A stretch of DNA of 64,000 nt from positions 1-64,000 of the forward strand of contig CAZWEM010000001.1 of the NCBI GenBank assembly GCA_964632315.1, in the 5' to 3' direction. The notes beneath the pieces were generated by a model that worked only from the letters and a program-made list of their open reading frames with translations, had not been told where the DNA came from and ran no database searches. Made by a program: the position numbers and the translations under genes. The stretch comes from an uncultured archaeon (GTDB lineage Archaea > Asgardarchaeota > Lokiarchaeia > Sigyniarchaeales > SOKP01). Shown here in pieces: positions 10,877-20,826 of this stretch; the stretch's first letter is position 1, and every line of letters begins with the position of its first letter.

Positions 10877-11042
10877 TCTAGATTGCTTTATCTATTTATA
10901 GAAACATTAGAGAGTGAGAATTATAAATTCCCGTTTTAACCTATCCATATCTTATGAGTCTTCTATTTCCTAAAAATAGAACTTAGATTAAAAATTAAAA
11001 GTTCCTATAATAATAAAAAATAAGATAAAAAACTGATTATAA

Positions 11043-11330
11043 TTAAAGTCCAAAAAGTAAGACGTTATCGATTACTTTGTGAATCTTTTCTAAATTTTCC
11101 TCACCGAGCGCCTTGTCAATTGCGATTTTCACATCTAAAATTGAGCCAAGGGTCTGAAAGAAGGTGTTTTGCAGTGTGCTATTAAATCCGCTTTTTTTGG
11201 AATCTTGCTCCTTGAAATAATCTACTCGTTTTAGCATCGCTTCTTCTAGTTCTTCCTCAGTCGATGTTTTTAATTCAGTGAGTTTCCTAATTTTTAAGCC
11301 GTCCTTAATTTCAACATTGTCTTCAGTCAT
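11043..11330 (-). CDS. Hypothetical protein coupled to tes
   Basis: 95-aa ORF, ATGA overlap with the upstream radical SAM gene. Confidence 0.7.
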   Translation of the reverse strand: MTEDNVEIKDGLKIRKLTELKTSTEEELEEAMLKRVDYFKEQDSKKSGFNSTLQNTFFQTLGSILDVKIAIDKALGEENLEKIHKVIDNVLLFGL

Positions 11331-13072
11331 TTCTTTGCACCCTCCTCTTGCTTTACTTTTGAACCACCATTATACATAGTCGTCACTTGTAAATCTGCGC
11401 GCGCTTGTCCTACAGACGTGTCAAACTCATCTCGTACTTTCTGGGTTACTTTCTTCGCTACCAACTTTTCAATTCTTGGGCGATGGAGGGTATTCATAGT
11501 GCAAAAAGGAGCTTCCCATACCGAACCATCCGGCATTGCTACGCCGAAATGTACAATACATCTTTTAGTACGTTCTACATCCATATTATAGGCGTCCTGG
11601 AAATGCATACTCGAGAGAAGAAGTGTACCATAACTGAATGAACTTACATTCTCCCAATCGCCATTCGCAAGCATACGGGCTAGCATTTCCATCAATTTAC
11701 CCGGTTTTCTAGCGTATTGGAGCACCCCAAGCAAAAATCGAGCGCGAAGCTGTTGTTTATCCAAGAAGTTTACTCCATCGTCTAGCGTCTTGCCAAAGTC
11801 TCCAAGAAAATTCTCGAAAAACTTAATGGGATTTTTCTCTTTATGTTTTACCTTCTCCCACATTTGATTTGCGAAGTTAATAACTTTTAGCGGATCAAGA
11901 TATTCCATTATTGGAACCATTTCATGTGTTTCAGGATCGATCGCTAAATAAGTTGCGAAGCCGCAATCAGGATGACAAGTGAATTCAGCTGGTTCTACGT
12001 CAGATAGATAAGCTATCAAGCGCCCTAACTCCACAATGGTTGTTAAAGGATACCATGACGTTTCCATGCTAATCTTGCCACCAGTTTGTTTTTCAATCTC
12101 TTTGATAACATCTGCGTTTGTAATGCGGAGATCCTGCATTTCCTCTGCTGAAATACGACCACAGAGAGAAACGGGCTGAAATGTAATGCCTCTAACTATA
12201 TCTATATTATCAATAGCAAATTGTATAATATTTCCAATCTCAATATCAGTCACACCAGTAGCAATTGTCGCCACAAGTACGATGGAGTCAAATCCTGCCT
12301 TTCTACAATTCTCAATTACACGCATCTTGTAATCCATTAAATTCTTTATGCCACGGGTTTTTTCATAAGTTTCATTATTTATTCCGTCAAATTGGAAATA
12401 AAGAGTGTCCAATCCCAATTCTCTGCATTTTCGCGCAAATTCTGCACCTCCTTTTTTCCTTTGGAACCCATACCCATTAGTGGCAACAATTACCTCTTTA
12501 AATCCATTATCCTTTGCCATTTTACAGATTTCTGGAAAGTCTTTTCTAACTGTAGGTTCACCACCAGTAAACATGATAGCAGGGGCAGGAATTGGTTTAT
12601 TTCGGAAATGTTTCAAAATCCTATCGATATCCTCGAGACTAGGCTCTATCCAGTATCCTGCTTGTTCCACATTGGCATAGCAAAAGTTACACGAAAAATT
12701 ACAGCGGTTAGTTAAGTCAATTAATGCTAATGAGCAAGTTGATAGGTGTTGGTCGCATAATCCACAATTATACGGGCATCCTCGGTCGTCTGAAGGACAA
12801 TCTGGAGGATTTGCTTCACCATTTTTCTCAAATTGCCAGATAACGTTTCCTTTGTCATCTTTTTCAGCATAATGAGTCCATTTATAATATTTTGCAGATG
12901 AACTGATTTTATCCTTAAATTCACCATGCTGATTGCACGTTTTCTTCATCCAAATTTCCCCTTCCTCTTCAACAATTTCCGCATCGATTTTCTTCATACA
13001 TTCTGGACAAATACTAGATGTCTTTCTATAATAAGGTTCGTTTAAAATGTCAGTTCCGTCTAAGTGATACAT
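11327..13072 (-). CDS. tes: Radical SAM tetraether lipid synthase (Tes/GDGT-MAS) homolog
   Basis: N-terminal CPEC..C..HG, CPYNCGLC..H, CNFSCNFC radical SAM motif, TCHPDCG, MHFQDAYN.D.ER..RC.VH, PFC motifs typical of the MJ0619 family. Confidence 0.88.
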   Translation of the reverse strand: MYHLDGTDILNEPYYRKTSSICPECMKKIDAEIVEEEGEIWMKKTCNQHGEFKDKISSSAKYYKWTHYAEKDDKGNVIWQFEKNGEANPPDCPSDDRGCPYNCGLCDQHLSTCSLALIDLTNRCNFSCNFCYANVEQAGYWIEPSLEDIDRILKHFRNKPIPAPAIMFTGGEPTVRKDFPEICKMAKDNGFKEVIVATNGYGFQRKKGGAEFARKCRELGLDTLYFQFDGINNETYEKTRGIKNLMDYKMRVIENCRKAGFDSIVLVATIATGVTDIEIGNIIQFAIDNIDIVRGITFQPVSLCGRISAEEMQDLRITNADVIKEIEKQTGGKISMETSWYPLTTIVELGRLIAYLSDVEPAEFTCHPDCGFATYLAIDPETHEMVPIMEYLDPLKVINFANQMWEKVKHKEKNPIKFFENFLGDFGKTLDDGVNFLDKQQLRARFLLGVLQYARKPGKLMEMLARMLANGDWENVSSFSYGTLLLSSMHFQDAYNMDVERTKRCIVHFGVAMPDGSVWEAPFCTMNTLHRPRIEKLVAKKVTQKVRDEFDTSVGQARADLQVTTMYNGGSKVKQEEGAKK

Positions 13073-13459
13073 AAAATTTTTACACCAAATTATTCTAAAT
13101 TAATTAAATAAGTTATTACAAACAAATAAAATTCAATATATTTAAACAATTTCCAACTGCACCTACTTTTAATATTATCAATGGTTCATACTCGGAAAAG
13201 TAGGACTTTCACATTATTGTTAAAAGCTTTAATATAAATTTTTGCTTTCTACCAAGCTAATTGAGATAATTCTTTCTCTTACTCTGATTTAATATTAAAA
13301 AAAGGTTATTTCTTCAACTGCATTTAATCCAGTTTCATAATCTATTCCTGAAAAGGTTTCATCTTTATCAAACACCTGTATATATGCATGGATCGAACAA
13401 ATTTAAATAGTTGAATTGTCTTATAATCCCATAAATCCAGATTTTAAATAAAAATTCTC

Positions 13460-14692
13460 ATGTATGTATTTCACAATAATAAAAGATATAAAGCCAAAAG
13501 ATTAAATGATGGGACATTAAGCATTGATCTTTCTAAAAAAGGCATTCACCATATTACTGATATTCAAGGCTTAGTCGGAATGCAAAACCTCACGGTTTTG
13601 AAATTAGATAATAATTATATTCAAGAAATAATCGGGCTTGAAACATTACAAGATCTGAGAACTCTATCTTTGGCTTCAAATGAAATAAGAGAAATTGAAG
13701 GATTAGATTCGCTTTATAACTTGGAAAAATTAGATCTATCCTTCAATCAAATCCACGAAATAAAAGGCCTAAATTCACTTAAAGAATTAAGGGAATTGAA
13801 TCTCTGGAATAATCACATCACTGAAATTAAAGGTTTAGCTAATCTTGACAACCTTCACACGATCACACTAAGTGGAAATTCAGTATATGATTGGGTACGA
13901 AGAACTTTTGGGAGCTATCGCCATTTAGCGAGAGATTTAGTAATATATTGTAAGAAAATGGAAGGTAAGATTATTTTTGATAAAGAAGATTTCAATCAAT
14001 TTCTTGCAAGACAAAGAAAAGAGATTCAAGAACATTTAAGGAACAAAAATTATGATGAGGTAATGTCAGTTTTTGCAGAAGTTTTTTACACCGCCCGTAC
14101 TGAGGATCGCACGCTTTTCTATGATTTTGTAGGTAATTTTTTAAGAGAGTACCCTGAACTTCAAAAAAATTCAAGATTTAAAGATGCGTATAATTCCCGT
14201 TTAAAAGTTTTACTTAGTAAGGATCAACGCTATGAAATGGACAATTATCTACTTCAAAACTTTTTTTCCGTTAAACCTACCGTGGGGTCCTCTAAAATAC
14301 ATTTTTGTCCCAATTGTGGTACTGAAGTTGAACCTAATTGGAAAAATTGTTCCAATTGTGGTTATAAATTTGAACGAGAAACAATTGATACCTTATCTGA
14401 AGGATTTTTAACTGCCCCACTAGCAGCTCCTCCTGAAATTTTAAAAACCTTACATCCTGAATCTTCTGAATCCTCTAAATCAAGTGGTTTTGGTATAGCT
14501 GCGATAATCATTGGATTAATAGGGTGTTGCTGTTTTTGGTGTGCTGGAGTACTTGCCATAATATTGGCGATGATAGGACTTGCTGAAGATGATGAGAAAG
14601 CTTTAGCTACAATTGGATTGATTATAGGAATATGTGGCGTCTGTGGAGGTGTCTTTCAACTATTTCTTATATTTGGATTATTAATGAATTAG
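13460..14692 (+). CDS. LRR protein (Sds22-like) with zinc ribbon and C-terminal DUF4190-like TM hairpin
   Basis: 5-6 LxxLxLxxNxIxEIxGL repeats; CPNCG..CSNCG; two Cys-rich TM helices. Confidence 0.8.
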   Translation: MYVFHNNKRYKAKRLNDGTLSIDLSKKGIHHITDIQGLVGMQNLTVLKLDNNYIQEIIGLETLQDLRTLSLASNEIREIEGLDSLYNLEKLDLSFNQIHEIKGLNSLKELRELNLWNNHITEIKGLANLDNLHTITLSGNSVYDWVRRTFGSYRHLARDLVIYCKKMEGKIIFDKEDFNQFLARQRKEIQEHLRNKNYDEVMSVFAEVFYTARTEDRTLFYDFVGNFLREYPELQKNSRFKDAYNSRLKVLLSKDQRYEMDNYLLQNFFSVKPTVGSSKIHFCPNCGTEVEPNWKNCSNCGYKFERETIDTLSEGFLTAPLAAPPEILKTLHPESSESSKSSGFGIAAIIIGLIGCCCFWCAGVLAIILAMIGLAEDDEKALATIGLIIGICGVCGGVFQLFLIFGLLMN

Positions 14693-16063
14693 TTATTTTT
14701 TATTTTGAAGTGTGTTGGTAAGCTTTCGTAATTCTCCTGAAATTTCAACTTCATAGTTCACTTCTTCATTAAGACTTTTAAATTTATCAGGTAATTTCTT
14801 AATATTTTGCATATAATACTGTTGAATTTCTTTTAAATTGGACATGTCAGTTATTAACCTCCCTTTATCTAAAATCTGATTCAACAAAATTTCGGAGTTT
14901 GGGGGTTTTGGTTCTTGTTCTAAGGCCATAATGTCTTTAATAAATATATCATTATTATCATATAAGCGATATAATTCTTTTTTACCAGGAAACGTAAGCT
15001 TATCTTTACTGGTTTTTATTCGCGGCTTTCCTTGAAATTCCACGAGCTTATATACAGCAGCAAGAGCAGGATCATCACGAGAGGTGACTAACTCTGTTCC
15101 AATTCCAAAAGCATCAATCGGAGCATTATTGTCTAACAAATTTTTTATTTTATATTCATTTAAATCAGAGCTGGCAACGATTATGACGTCTTTACATCCA
15201 TTCGCATCTAATATTTTTCGTACTTTAAAAGAGTTTTCAATTAAATCGCCCGAATCTATTCTAACTCCAAAAATTTTATTACCATACTTACACGCTAATT
15301 TTGCTGCTTTTTCTGTATCGTAAGTATCAATTAATAATATTGAATTTTCGCCATAAATCTTGTAATAAAAATCAAAAGCATCTTCTTCTTTATCAAACCT
15401 TTGAACGAAACTATGTGCCATGGTTCCACTAGATTTTATACCCAATTCAAGGTCTGCTATTACATTGCTAGTGCCATTAAAACCAGCTATAAAACTTGCA
15501 CGAGCAGCGTAAACCCCAGCAAGAGGAGAATGAGATCTTCGAGTCCCAAATTCGAGTAAAACCTTATCTGATGCTATATTCTTTATTCGAGAAGCCTTTG
15601 ATGCAACCAGAGTTTGGTAATTTATGACATTTAATATGTAGGTTTCTGCCAGCTGGGCATGGAACATCGGTCCTTGGACGCGTATAACAGGCTCATTAGC
15701 AAAGAAAAAGGTTCCTTCTTTTAATGACCACAAATCCAAATTGAACTTGAAATTGGGGAGATAAACATCAAAAAAGTCGCAATCAATATTTCTGAATTCT
15801 TCCCGAGCTCTTAAGAATTCAATTGTTTTTTCTGTAAATCTTGCATTCTGCAAATAATATATTACTTGCTCTAATCCAGCAAATATCATGTAATTCCTAT
15901 TCTTAGGTAGCTTTCTAATAAATAAATCAAATACAGCAATATCGTCTTCTACTCCATTTAACTTTTCTACATTTTCTTGATAATATGCTGCGCCCATCGT
16001 CAATTGATAAAAATCAGTTGCTAAAATCATGTTGATTTCATCTAAAAAACCAGAACTTACCAT
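14693..16063 (-). CDS. pncB: Nicotinate phosphoribosyltransferase
   Basis: TDFYQLTM, EFGTRR, GTMAHS, LIDTYD, RIDSGD. Confidence 0.95.
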   Translation of the reverse strand: MVSSGFLDEINMILATDFYQLTMGAAYYQENVEKLNGVEDDIAVFDLFIRKLPKNRNYMIFAGLEQVIYYLQNARFTEKTIEFLRAREEFRNIDCDFFDVYLPNFKFNLDLWSLKEGTFFFANEPVIRVQGPMFHAQLAETYILNVINYQTLVASKASRIKNIASDKVLLEFGTRRSHSPLAGVYAARASFIAGFNGTSNVIADLELGIKSSGTMAHSFVQRFDKEEDAFDFYYKIYGENSILLIDTYDTEKAAKLACKYGNKIFGVRIDSGDLIENSFKVRKILDANGCKDVIIVASSDLNEYKIKNLLDNNAPIDAFGIGTELVTSRDDPALAAVYKLVEFQGKPRIKTSKDKLTFPGKKELYRLYDNNDIFIKDIMALEQEPKPPNSEILLNQILDKGRLITDMSNLKEIQQYYMQNIKKLPDKFKSLNEEVNYEVEISGELRKLTNTLQNKK

Positions 16064-16102
16064 ATAATTTCCCTCTCATTGGAGATTTAAATTAATTAAG
16101 AT

Positions 16103-17041
16103 TTAGATCGTATTGATTTTTCTGATATTTTTTACAATATATAAGTTCAAGAAATTATCTCTTGTTAATTTTCCATTCAAATTAATCTTATTCCCTGCTA
16201 TTAAGTTTAGTTTCTCCTGTAATCTCTCACTAATCCTAATTGACAATTCCTCAAAATTACTGATATCCGACTGATCAAAGTCATCTTTTTTTTGAACTCT
16301 CGGACCTAATCTGACATTCTTCAAAGAACCGATAAAGTATTTCGTTACGTTCTCTTGAAAGACTTGTTCTTTTTCCTCTATATTAGTGACTTCTGCCTCA
16401 TAAATCGTGATGCTTTGATCTAAATATTTTTGGAAAAGATAATCATTAGAATTCTTATCAACTAACTTAACCTCCTCTGTGTCATCTAAATTAGAGATAT
16501 TTATTGATTGGATCTCCTTTTCAAAGTCTTCAGGCAGATAGGTTAAATTCCAATCACTTAAAGTAAAAAAACCTTTTTTTAATGCAAAAATAAAGCCAAC
16601 CCAGAAATGAGAGCAAAATCCCATCGCAGCACCAATACGGCAATCGCAATCCCTTTCCGGATTGTTAATATTTCGATCATTAATTATTAAATAAGACTCA
16701 GTTTCCCAGTTAAATCCTTTGAATTTTAATTCAATTTCATGAATATCAGGATTAACTACTTTAATAAAAGTTATTGATTCCCTATCTTGACCATTGATTT
16801 TTTCTATTGCTGAATTGATTCCCTCGGAAATAATCTCGAGTTCCTTTTTTTTGATCAAGGCGCTTATTTCTTCTTCTGAAAGGGAGTCTAAAATGAATTC
16901 TATCAAATCATTTTTATTAAATCTTGAATATCCCTTGATTTTAAAATCCTTACATATTTCTTTCAACTTATCTACATTTAAAGACTGAAATAAATATTTG
17001 AGATAAGTGCGATTATCTACTTGTCTTTGAACTGAACTCAT
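16103..17041 (-). CDS. Hypothetical protein: N-terminal HeH/SAP-like helix, SWIM zinc finger, OB-like C-terminus
   Basis: LKEIC...IKGYS...K..LI; CDC...FCSH SWIM pattern. Confidence 0.6.
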   Translation of the reverse strand: MSSVQRQVDNRTYLKYLFQSLNVDKLKEICKDFKIKGYSRFNKNDLIEFILDSLSEEEISALIKKKELEIISEGINSAIEKINGQDRESITFIKVVNPDIHEIELKFKGFNWETESYLIINDRNINNPERDCDCRIGAAMGFCSHFWVGFIFALKKGFFTLSDWNLTYLPEDFEKEIQSINISNLDDTEEVKLVDKNSNDYLFQKYLDQSITIYEAEVTNIEEKEQVFQENVTKYFIGSLKNVRLGPRVQKKDDFDQSDISNFEELSIRISERLQEKLNLIAGNKINLNGKLTRDNFLNLYIVKNIRKINTI

Positions 17042-17303
17042 TTTTCACTCAAATCTGAATATCATCATTTTATTATACAAATTAATTTGTCGCATTAAAA
17101 GTTTAATCATATCATCAAATGATTGATTTCAGATAAAATTTCGTTGCATTTTGTCAGTTATTGAAAAAAAATTAACTTAATATTTATAAGAATATCAAAA
17201 GTTTCGATGGTTTAAATGTATGAAAAGATTTAAATAACGGAACTATCTATTTGTATAAATAAGCATTTAATCAAAAAAAGATAATAAATAAAAACCATAT
17301 TAG

Positions 17304-17525
17304 GTGAAAAAATTAATGAGTGATGTAGATCCGGAATACTTGAAGTTTTTTGGTGAGATCAAGTTTGCTGAGGAAAAAAGTATGAGCGCAAACGATTTCG
17401 AGAGGGCTCTAAATAGGCATTTGAAGAATATCGGCAAAATACCCCGAGGGCGTTATAAATTTGCTGAGATTGAGAATCCCTCTACTGATGATTTCGAGAA
17501 ATCCTTTAATGAATATTTTGAATAA
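17304..17525 (+). CDS. Small hypothetical protein
   Basis: 73-aa ORF in an otherwise empty intergenic region; the AGGTGA at 17302 could be the SD for the ATG at 17316. Confidence 0.6.
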   Translation: MKKLMSDVDPEYLKFFGEIKFAEEKSMSANDFERALNRHLKNIGKIPRGRYKFAEIENPSTDDFEKSFNEYFE

Positions 17526-17686
17526 ATAGAATAAAAAATTTTTTTGAACTACTATATAATTTAATTTATTTTAACCTTAATTCACGAGAAATATAATTTG
17601 AATAGCCCCATTCTTAATGAGCTATAAACTATTTATTTTTAATTAATGTCTCTAATTTAAAATTAAAAAGAAAATTATAAAATAAC

Positions 17687-18535
17687 ATGAATGTACTTAA
17701 TGAGATAGAACATCTACACGTTGAAGTTAATAATATTCAACTACATGTAGCCACAATCGGTGTTGGAAAGCCCTTATTTTTACTTCATGGGTTTCCAGAT
17801 TTTTGGTATGGATGGAAAAGCCTTATTCCACTGCTCAAAGATACTTATAAATTGATTATTCCAGATTTAAGAGGTTACAATTTATCCGATAAACCTAAGG
17901 GTGTTGAAAACTATGATATGAATATCTTGATTGAAGACCTAATAAATCTCGTTGACTATTTTAAATTTGATGAGATTTATTTAGCAGGACACGACTGGGG
18001 TGGTGTTATTGCATGGTGTTTCGCAGAAAAATATCCAGATAGGGTTGAAAAGATGATGATCTTAAATGCTCCACATCCCAAGATCTTTCAAGAGCAACTT
18101 TCTAAAAACAAAGCCCAACAGAGAGCTAGTTTTTACATATTTGAGTTTCTTAAACCACATGGAGAGCAATTCGTCATTAAGAATGATTTTAAGTGGCTTA
18201 AATGGGCAGTTTTTTCAGGTATGGATAAAAAGAAAGATTTTACAGAATACGACAAGCAAAAATACTTAAAGGCATGGTCCGAACCAGGAGCAATAGAAGG
18301 AGGAGTGAATTATTATCGGGCTAATCTTAATTTCAAAGCTTGGACGGGAAAAATCAAGGTCCCTACAATTGTAATTCATGGAATGGACGACGTCGCCGTA
18401 TTACCTTCAGTTCTAGATGGCTTAGACGAATATGTGAAGAATTTAAAAATTGTAAAGGTAGAAAAAGCCTCTCACTGGGTAATGCATGACGTTCCCGAAC
18501 TGATTGCTAAAAACATAAAAGATTACTTTATTTAA
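17687..18535 (+). CDS. Alpha/beta hydrolase, epoxide hydrolase-like
   Basis: HGFPD, GHDWGG nucleophile elbow, NYYRA, SHW. Confidence 0.92.
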   Translation: MNVLNEIEHLHVEVNNIQLHVATIGVGKPLFLLHGFPDFWYGWKSLIPLLKDTYKLIIPDLRGYNLSDKPKGVENYDMNILIEDLINLVDYFKFDEIYLAGHDWGGVIAWCFAEKYPDRVEKMMILNAPHPKIFQEQLSKNKAQQRASFYIFEFLKPHGEQFVIKNDFKWLKWAVFSGMDKKKDFTEYDKQKYLKAWSEPGAIEGGVNYYRANLNFKAWTGKIKVPTIVIHGMDDVAVLPSVLDGLDEYVKNLKIVKVEKASHWVMHDVPELIAKNIKDYFI

Positions 18536-18693
18536 ACTAACTTATAACTGCATGAATTTATTCAAAATAAATATCTAAAGAGATTAACCATAAATTTATA
18601 TGATTACTGCACTATTATTTTAATGAATAATAAGATGAAGATTTAACTATATTATTTTACTTATTAACTTGTTAAAAACATTACTTTCAAATT

Positions 18694-19149
18694 ATGACTT
18701 CTGATAATAATTGGTCCATTCAACTCGATTGGTTAAATATTATAAATATTTTAGGAATAGATAGGATTGAACAAATCCCAAAGTCTAAAAAATCAAGAGC
18801 TTTGAAGAAAGTGACTAAAGAGTATGGCTCAGAATTACTCAATACAATGAAACCTGGAGAACTAGACCAAATCGTAGCAAATGAGCTAAGGTCTGTGATG
18901 AAAAGAGAATTAAATGAGATTTCAAAAAGAAATGAAAAAATACAAAAAGAAATTCAAAGTAAAATGCTACCGCTTAAGAAAGGCAAAATTATTGGAATTA
19001 ATATGAGTGATCTCAGAGACCTTGATCCTAAGGCAGATATTGAGGATATCATTAAATACTTTTCTAAAAAACTCAACGATAACGACGATGATGACGATTC
19101 AGATGATGAAGATGGACCTGATGAGGATAAGAATGGAATTTATATTTAA
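18694..19149 (+). CDS. Hypothetical protein with acidic C-terminal tail
   Basis: 151-aa ORF ending in a D-rich stretch and YI. Confidence 0.7.
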   Translation: MTSDNNWSIQLDWLNIINILGIDRIEQIPKSKKSRALKKVTKEYGSELLNTMKPGELDQIVANELRSVMKRELNEISKRNEKIQKEIQSKMLPLKKGKIIGINMSDLRDLDPKADIEDIIKYFSKKLNDNDDDDDSDDEDGPDEDKNGIYI

Positions 19150-19170
19150 AATTGTAGAAAAAATGGTTTT

Positions 19171-20778
19171 TTAGCTTAGTTTTCTCTCTATGGCTGTAAC
19201 GCTACTTTTTTTTAACTTCACGTACATTATTACGATCAATAGATATATTACTATGGACCAAATTATCCAAGATAATGATTGAAATGTATTGATGTTTAAG
19301 AGATAATTAATGAAATCTTCAAATGTATAAAAACCAAGATCATCAAGCTTAGAGGGGAAATTAACTAGGATTGGTGCGAACTCAATTGCAACTACTTGGT
19401 GTGTATTCTTTTTAAGAGTCTGAAAGATATTATCAACTGATTTATTAGTCGGATCATTTAACCGAATACGAATAAAAGTATTGAGGTCCTCGTTAACGTG
19501 AATATCAGACCCTCCCACGCAAGTTAAATTGTTATCTAAACAGAATTGACGAATATACAGATATTTTCCCCCATAACTTCCTCCATTTACGATCTCAAAT
19601 CCATCTACGCCCCAATCTCTCAATTGTTCCAAAGAATATGGCATTCCAAAACCCCCTTGAGGATTTGGATCGTAATTATAATGATTTACTGTAATGTATC
19701 CCCCTTTACTTTTAACATAATTAATAAGGTCTGATGCGTTCATCGCTTTCGGACCGTTTGGAGTATAAGATTCAAGTGGTACTATCTCTTCATTAACCCC
19801 AAAATAATTCATGTGAATATCATTTTCATGATCTGTCCATTCTTCAGCTGTCAATACCGTAAAATCCAGGTTTCTCTCTTCTACAAATTTCTGCGCTGCG
19901 TATGCTCCTCGCAGATTATCATGATCAGAAAAAGCAGCAATATTTATCCCTTGCTCGATATACCACATTACTCTTTCTTCAGGGGTAAGCCAACCATCAG
20001 AATAGACCGTGTGTACGTGTAAATCAATGAGAAATTCATCATCATCTAGATGTGTTGGAACAATTCTTTGCGTAGGAAATGGTGCAGATATTAGTACTAT
20101 ATTCAAGCTAAGGAGCAAGCATCCAATTCCAACATAATAAATTAACTCGCTTTTTATTCTTTTTAATTTAGTTGACTTTGAACTCCATTTTTTCCTGAAC
20201 TTATTTTTATTTTGGCTTTTTAACTTTAAGTTTGGATGGAAAAGCCTTAATAGCACATACAAGGATTTTATAATTATTAAAATTAAAGCACCATGGACTG
20301 CTATTTGAATTGGTATCATGAAATAACGATTAACGAATAAAAATCCTTGTATCAAGCTTCCGGTTAAAATTATTATTAATACAATTAAAATCGCTAATAT
20401 TATCACTTTAAATGCAAATTTTGTAATATCTATTACGATAGTTAGAAGAAAATTCAACTTCTTTGAGGTTTTCTCTTTTTTATGTTTATAAAAGATGAAA
20501 ATACCTCTCATTACAGGATAGATTATCAAAAATAGAAACATCCATGAGAATTCCATTCCTAATACAATAGCAATTGCGAATAATGGCTCAATAACATAAC
20601 GAGCCGCTGGGAGGATACTAATATAACTAGATGAAACGTCTAATTGATTTAAAGCATCATAAAAAACTACTGTTCTGCTATTTGTCAATAATAAAACTAA
20701 GAAAGTAAACCATACGATAAATCCAACGCTAAAGATTGTAAAAGATTTATGTTTACTAATCACCGATTTGATTCTCAT
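19171..20778 (-). CDS. Membrane-anchored PHP-domain phosphoesterase
   Basis: N-terminal TM helices; DLHVHT..SDG, SDH, NH, GGSDIH. Confidence 0.85.
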   Translation of the reverse strand: MRIKSVISKHKSFTIFSVGFIVWFTFLVLLLTNSRTVVFYDALNQLDVSSSYISILPAARYVIEPLFAIAIVLGMEFSWMFLFLIIYPVMRGIFIFYKHKKEKTSKKLNFLLTIVIDITKFAFKVIILAILIVLIIILTGSLIQGFLFVNRYFMIPIQIAVHGALILIIIKSLYVLLRLFHPNLKLKSQNKNKFRKKWSSKSTKLKRIKSELIYYVGIGCLLLSLNIVLISAPFPTQRIVPTHLDDDEFLIDLHVHTVYSDGWLTPEERVMWYIEQGINIAAFSDHDNLRGAYAAQKFVEERNLDFTVLTAEEWTDHENDIHMNYFGVNEEIVPLESYTPNGPKAMNASDLINYVKSKGGYITVNHYNYDPNPQGGFGMPYSLEQLRDWGVDGFEIVNGGSYGGKYLYIRQFCLDNNLTCVGGSDIHVNEDLNTFIRIRLNDPTNKSVDNIFQTLKKNTHQVVAIEFAPILVNFPSKLDDLGFYTFEDFINYLLNINTFQSLSWIIWSIVIYLLIVIMYVKLKKSSVTAIERKLS

Positions 20779-20826
20779 AATACAATTATCAATGTAATTC
20801 TTTTTAAAAATAGTGGGTGATAAGTT

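Noticed and set aside
10719-10901. 60-aa plus-strand ORF
   Set aside because: No recognisable features; antisense to a probable degenerate membrane-protein remnant.
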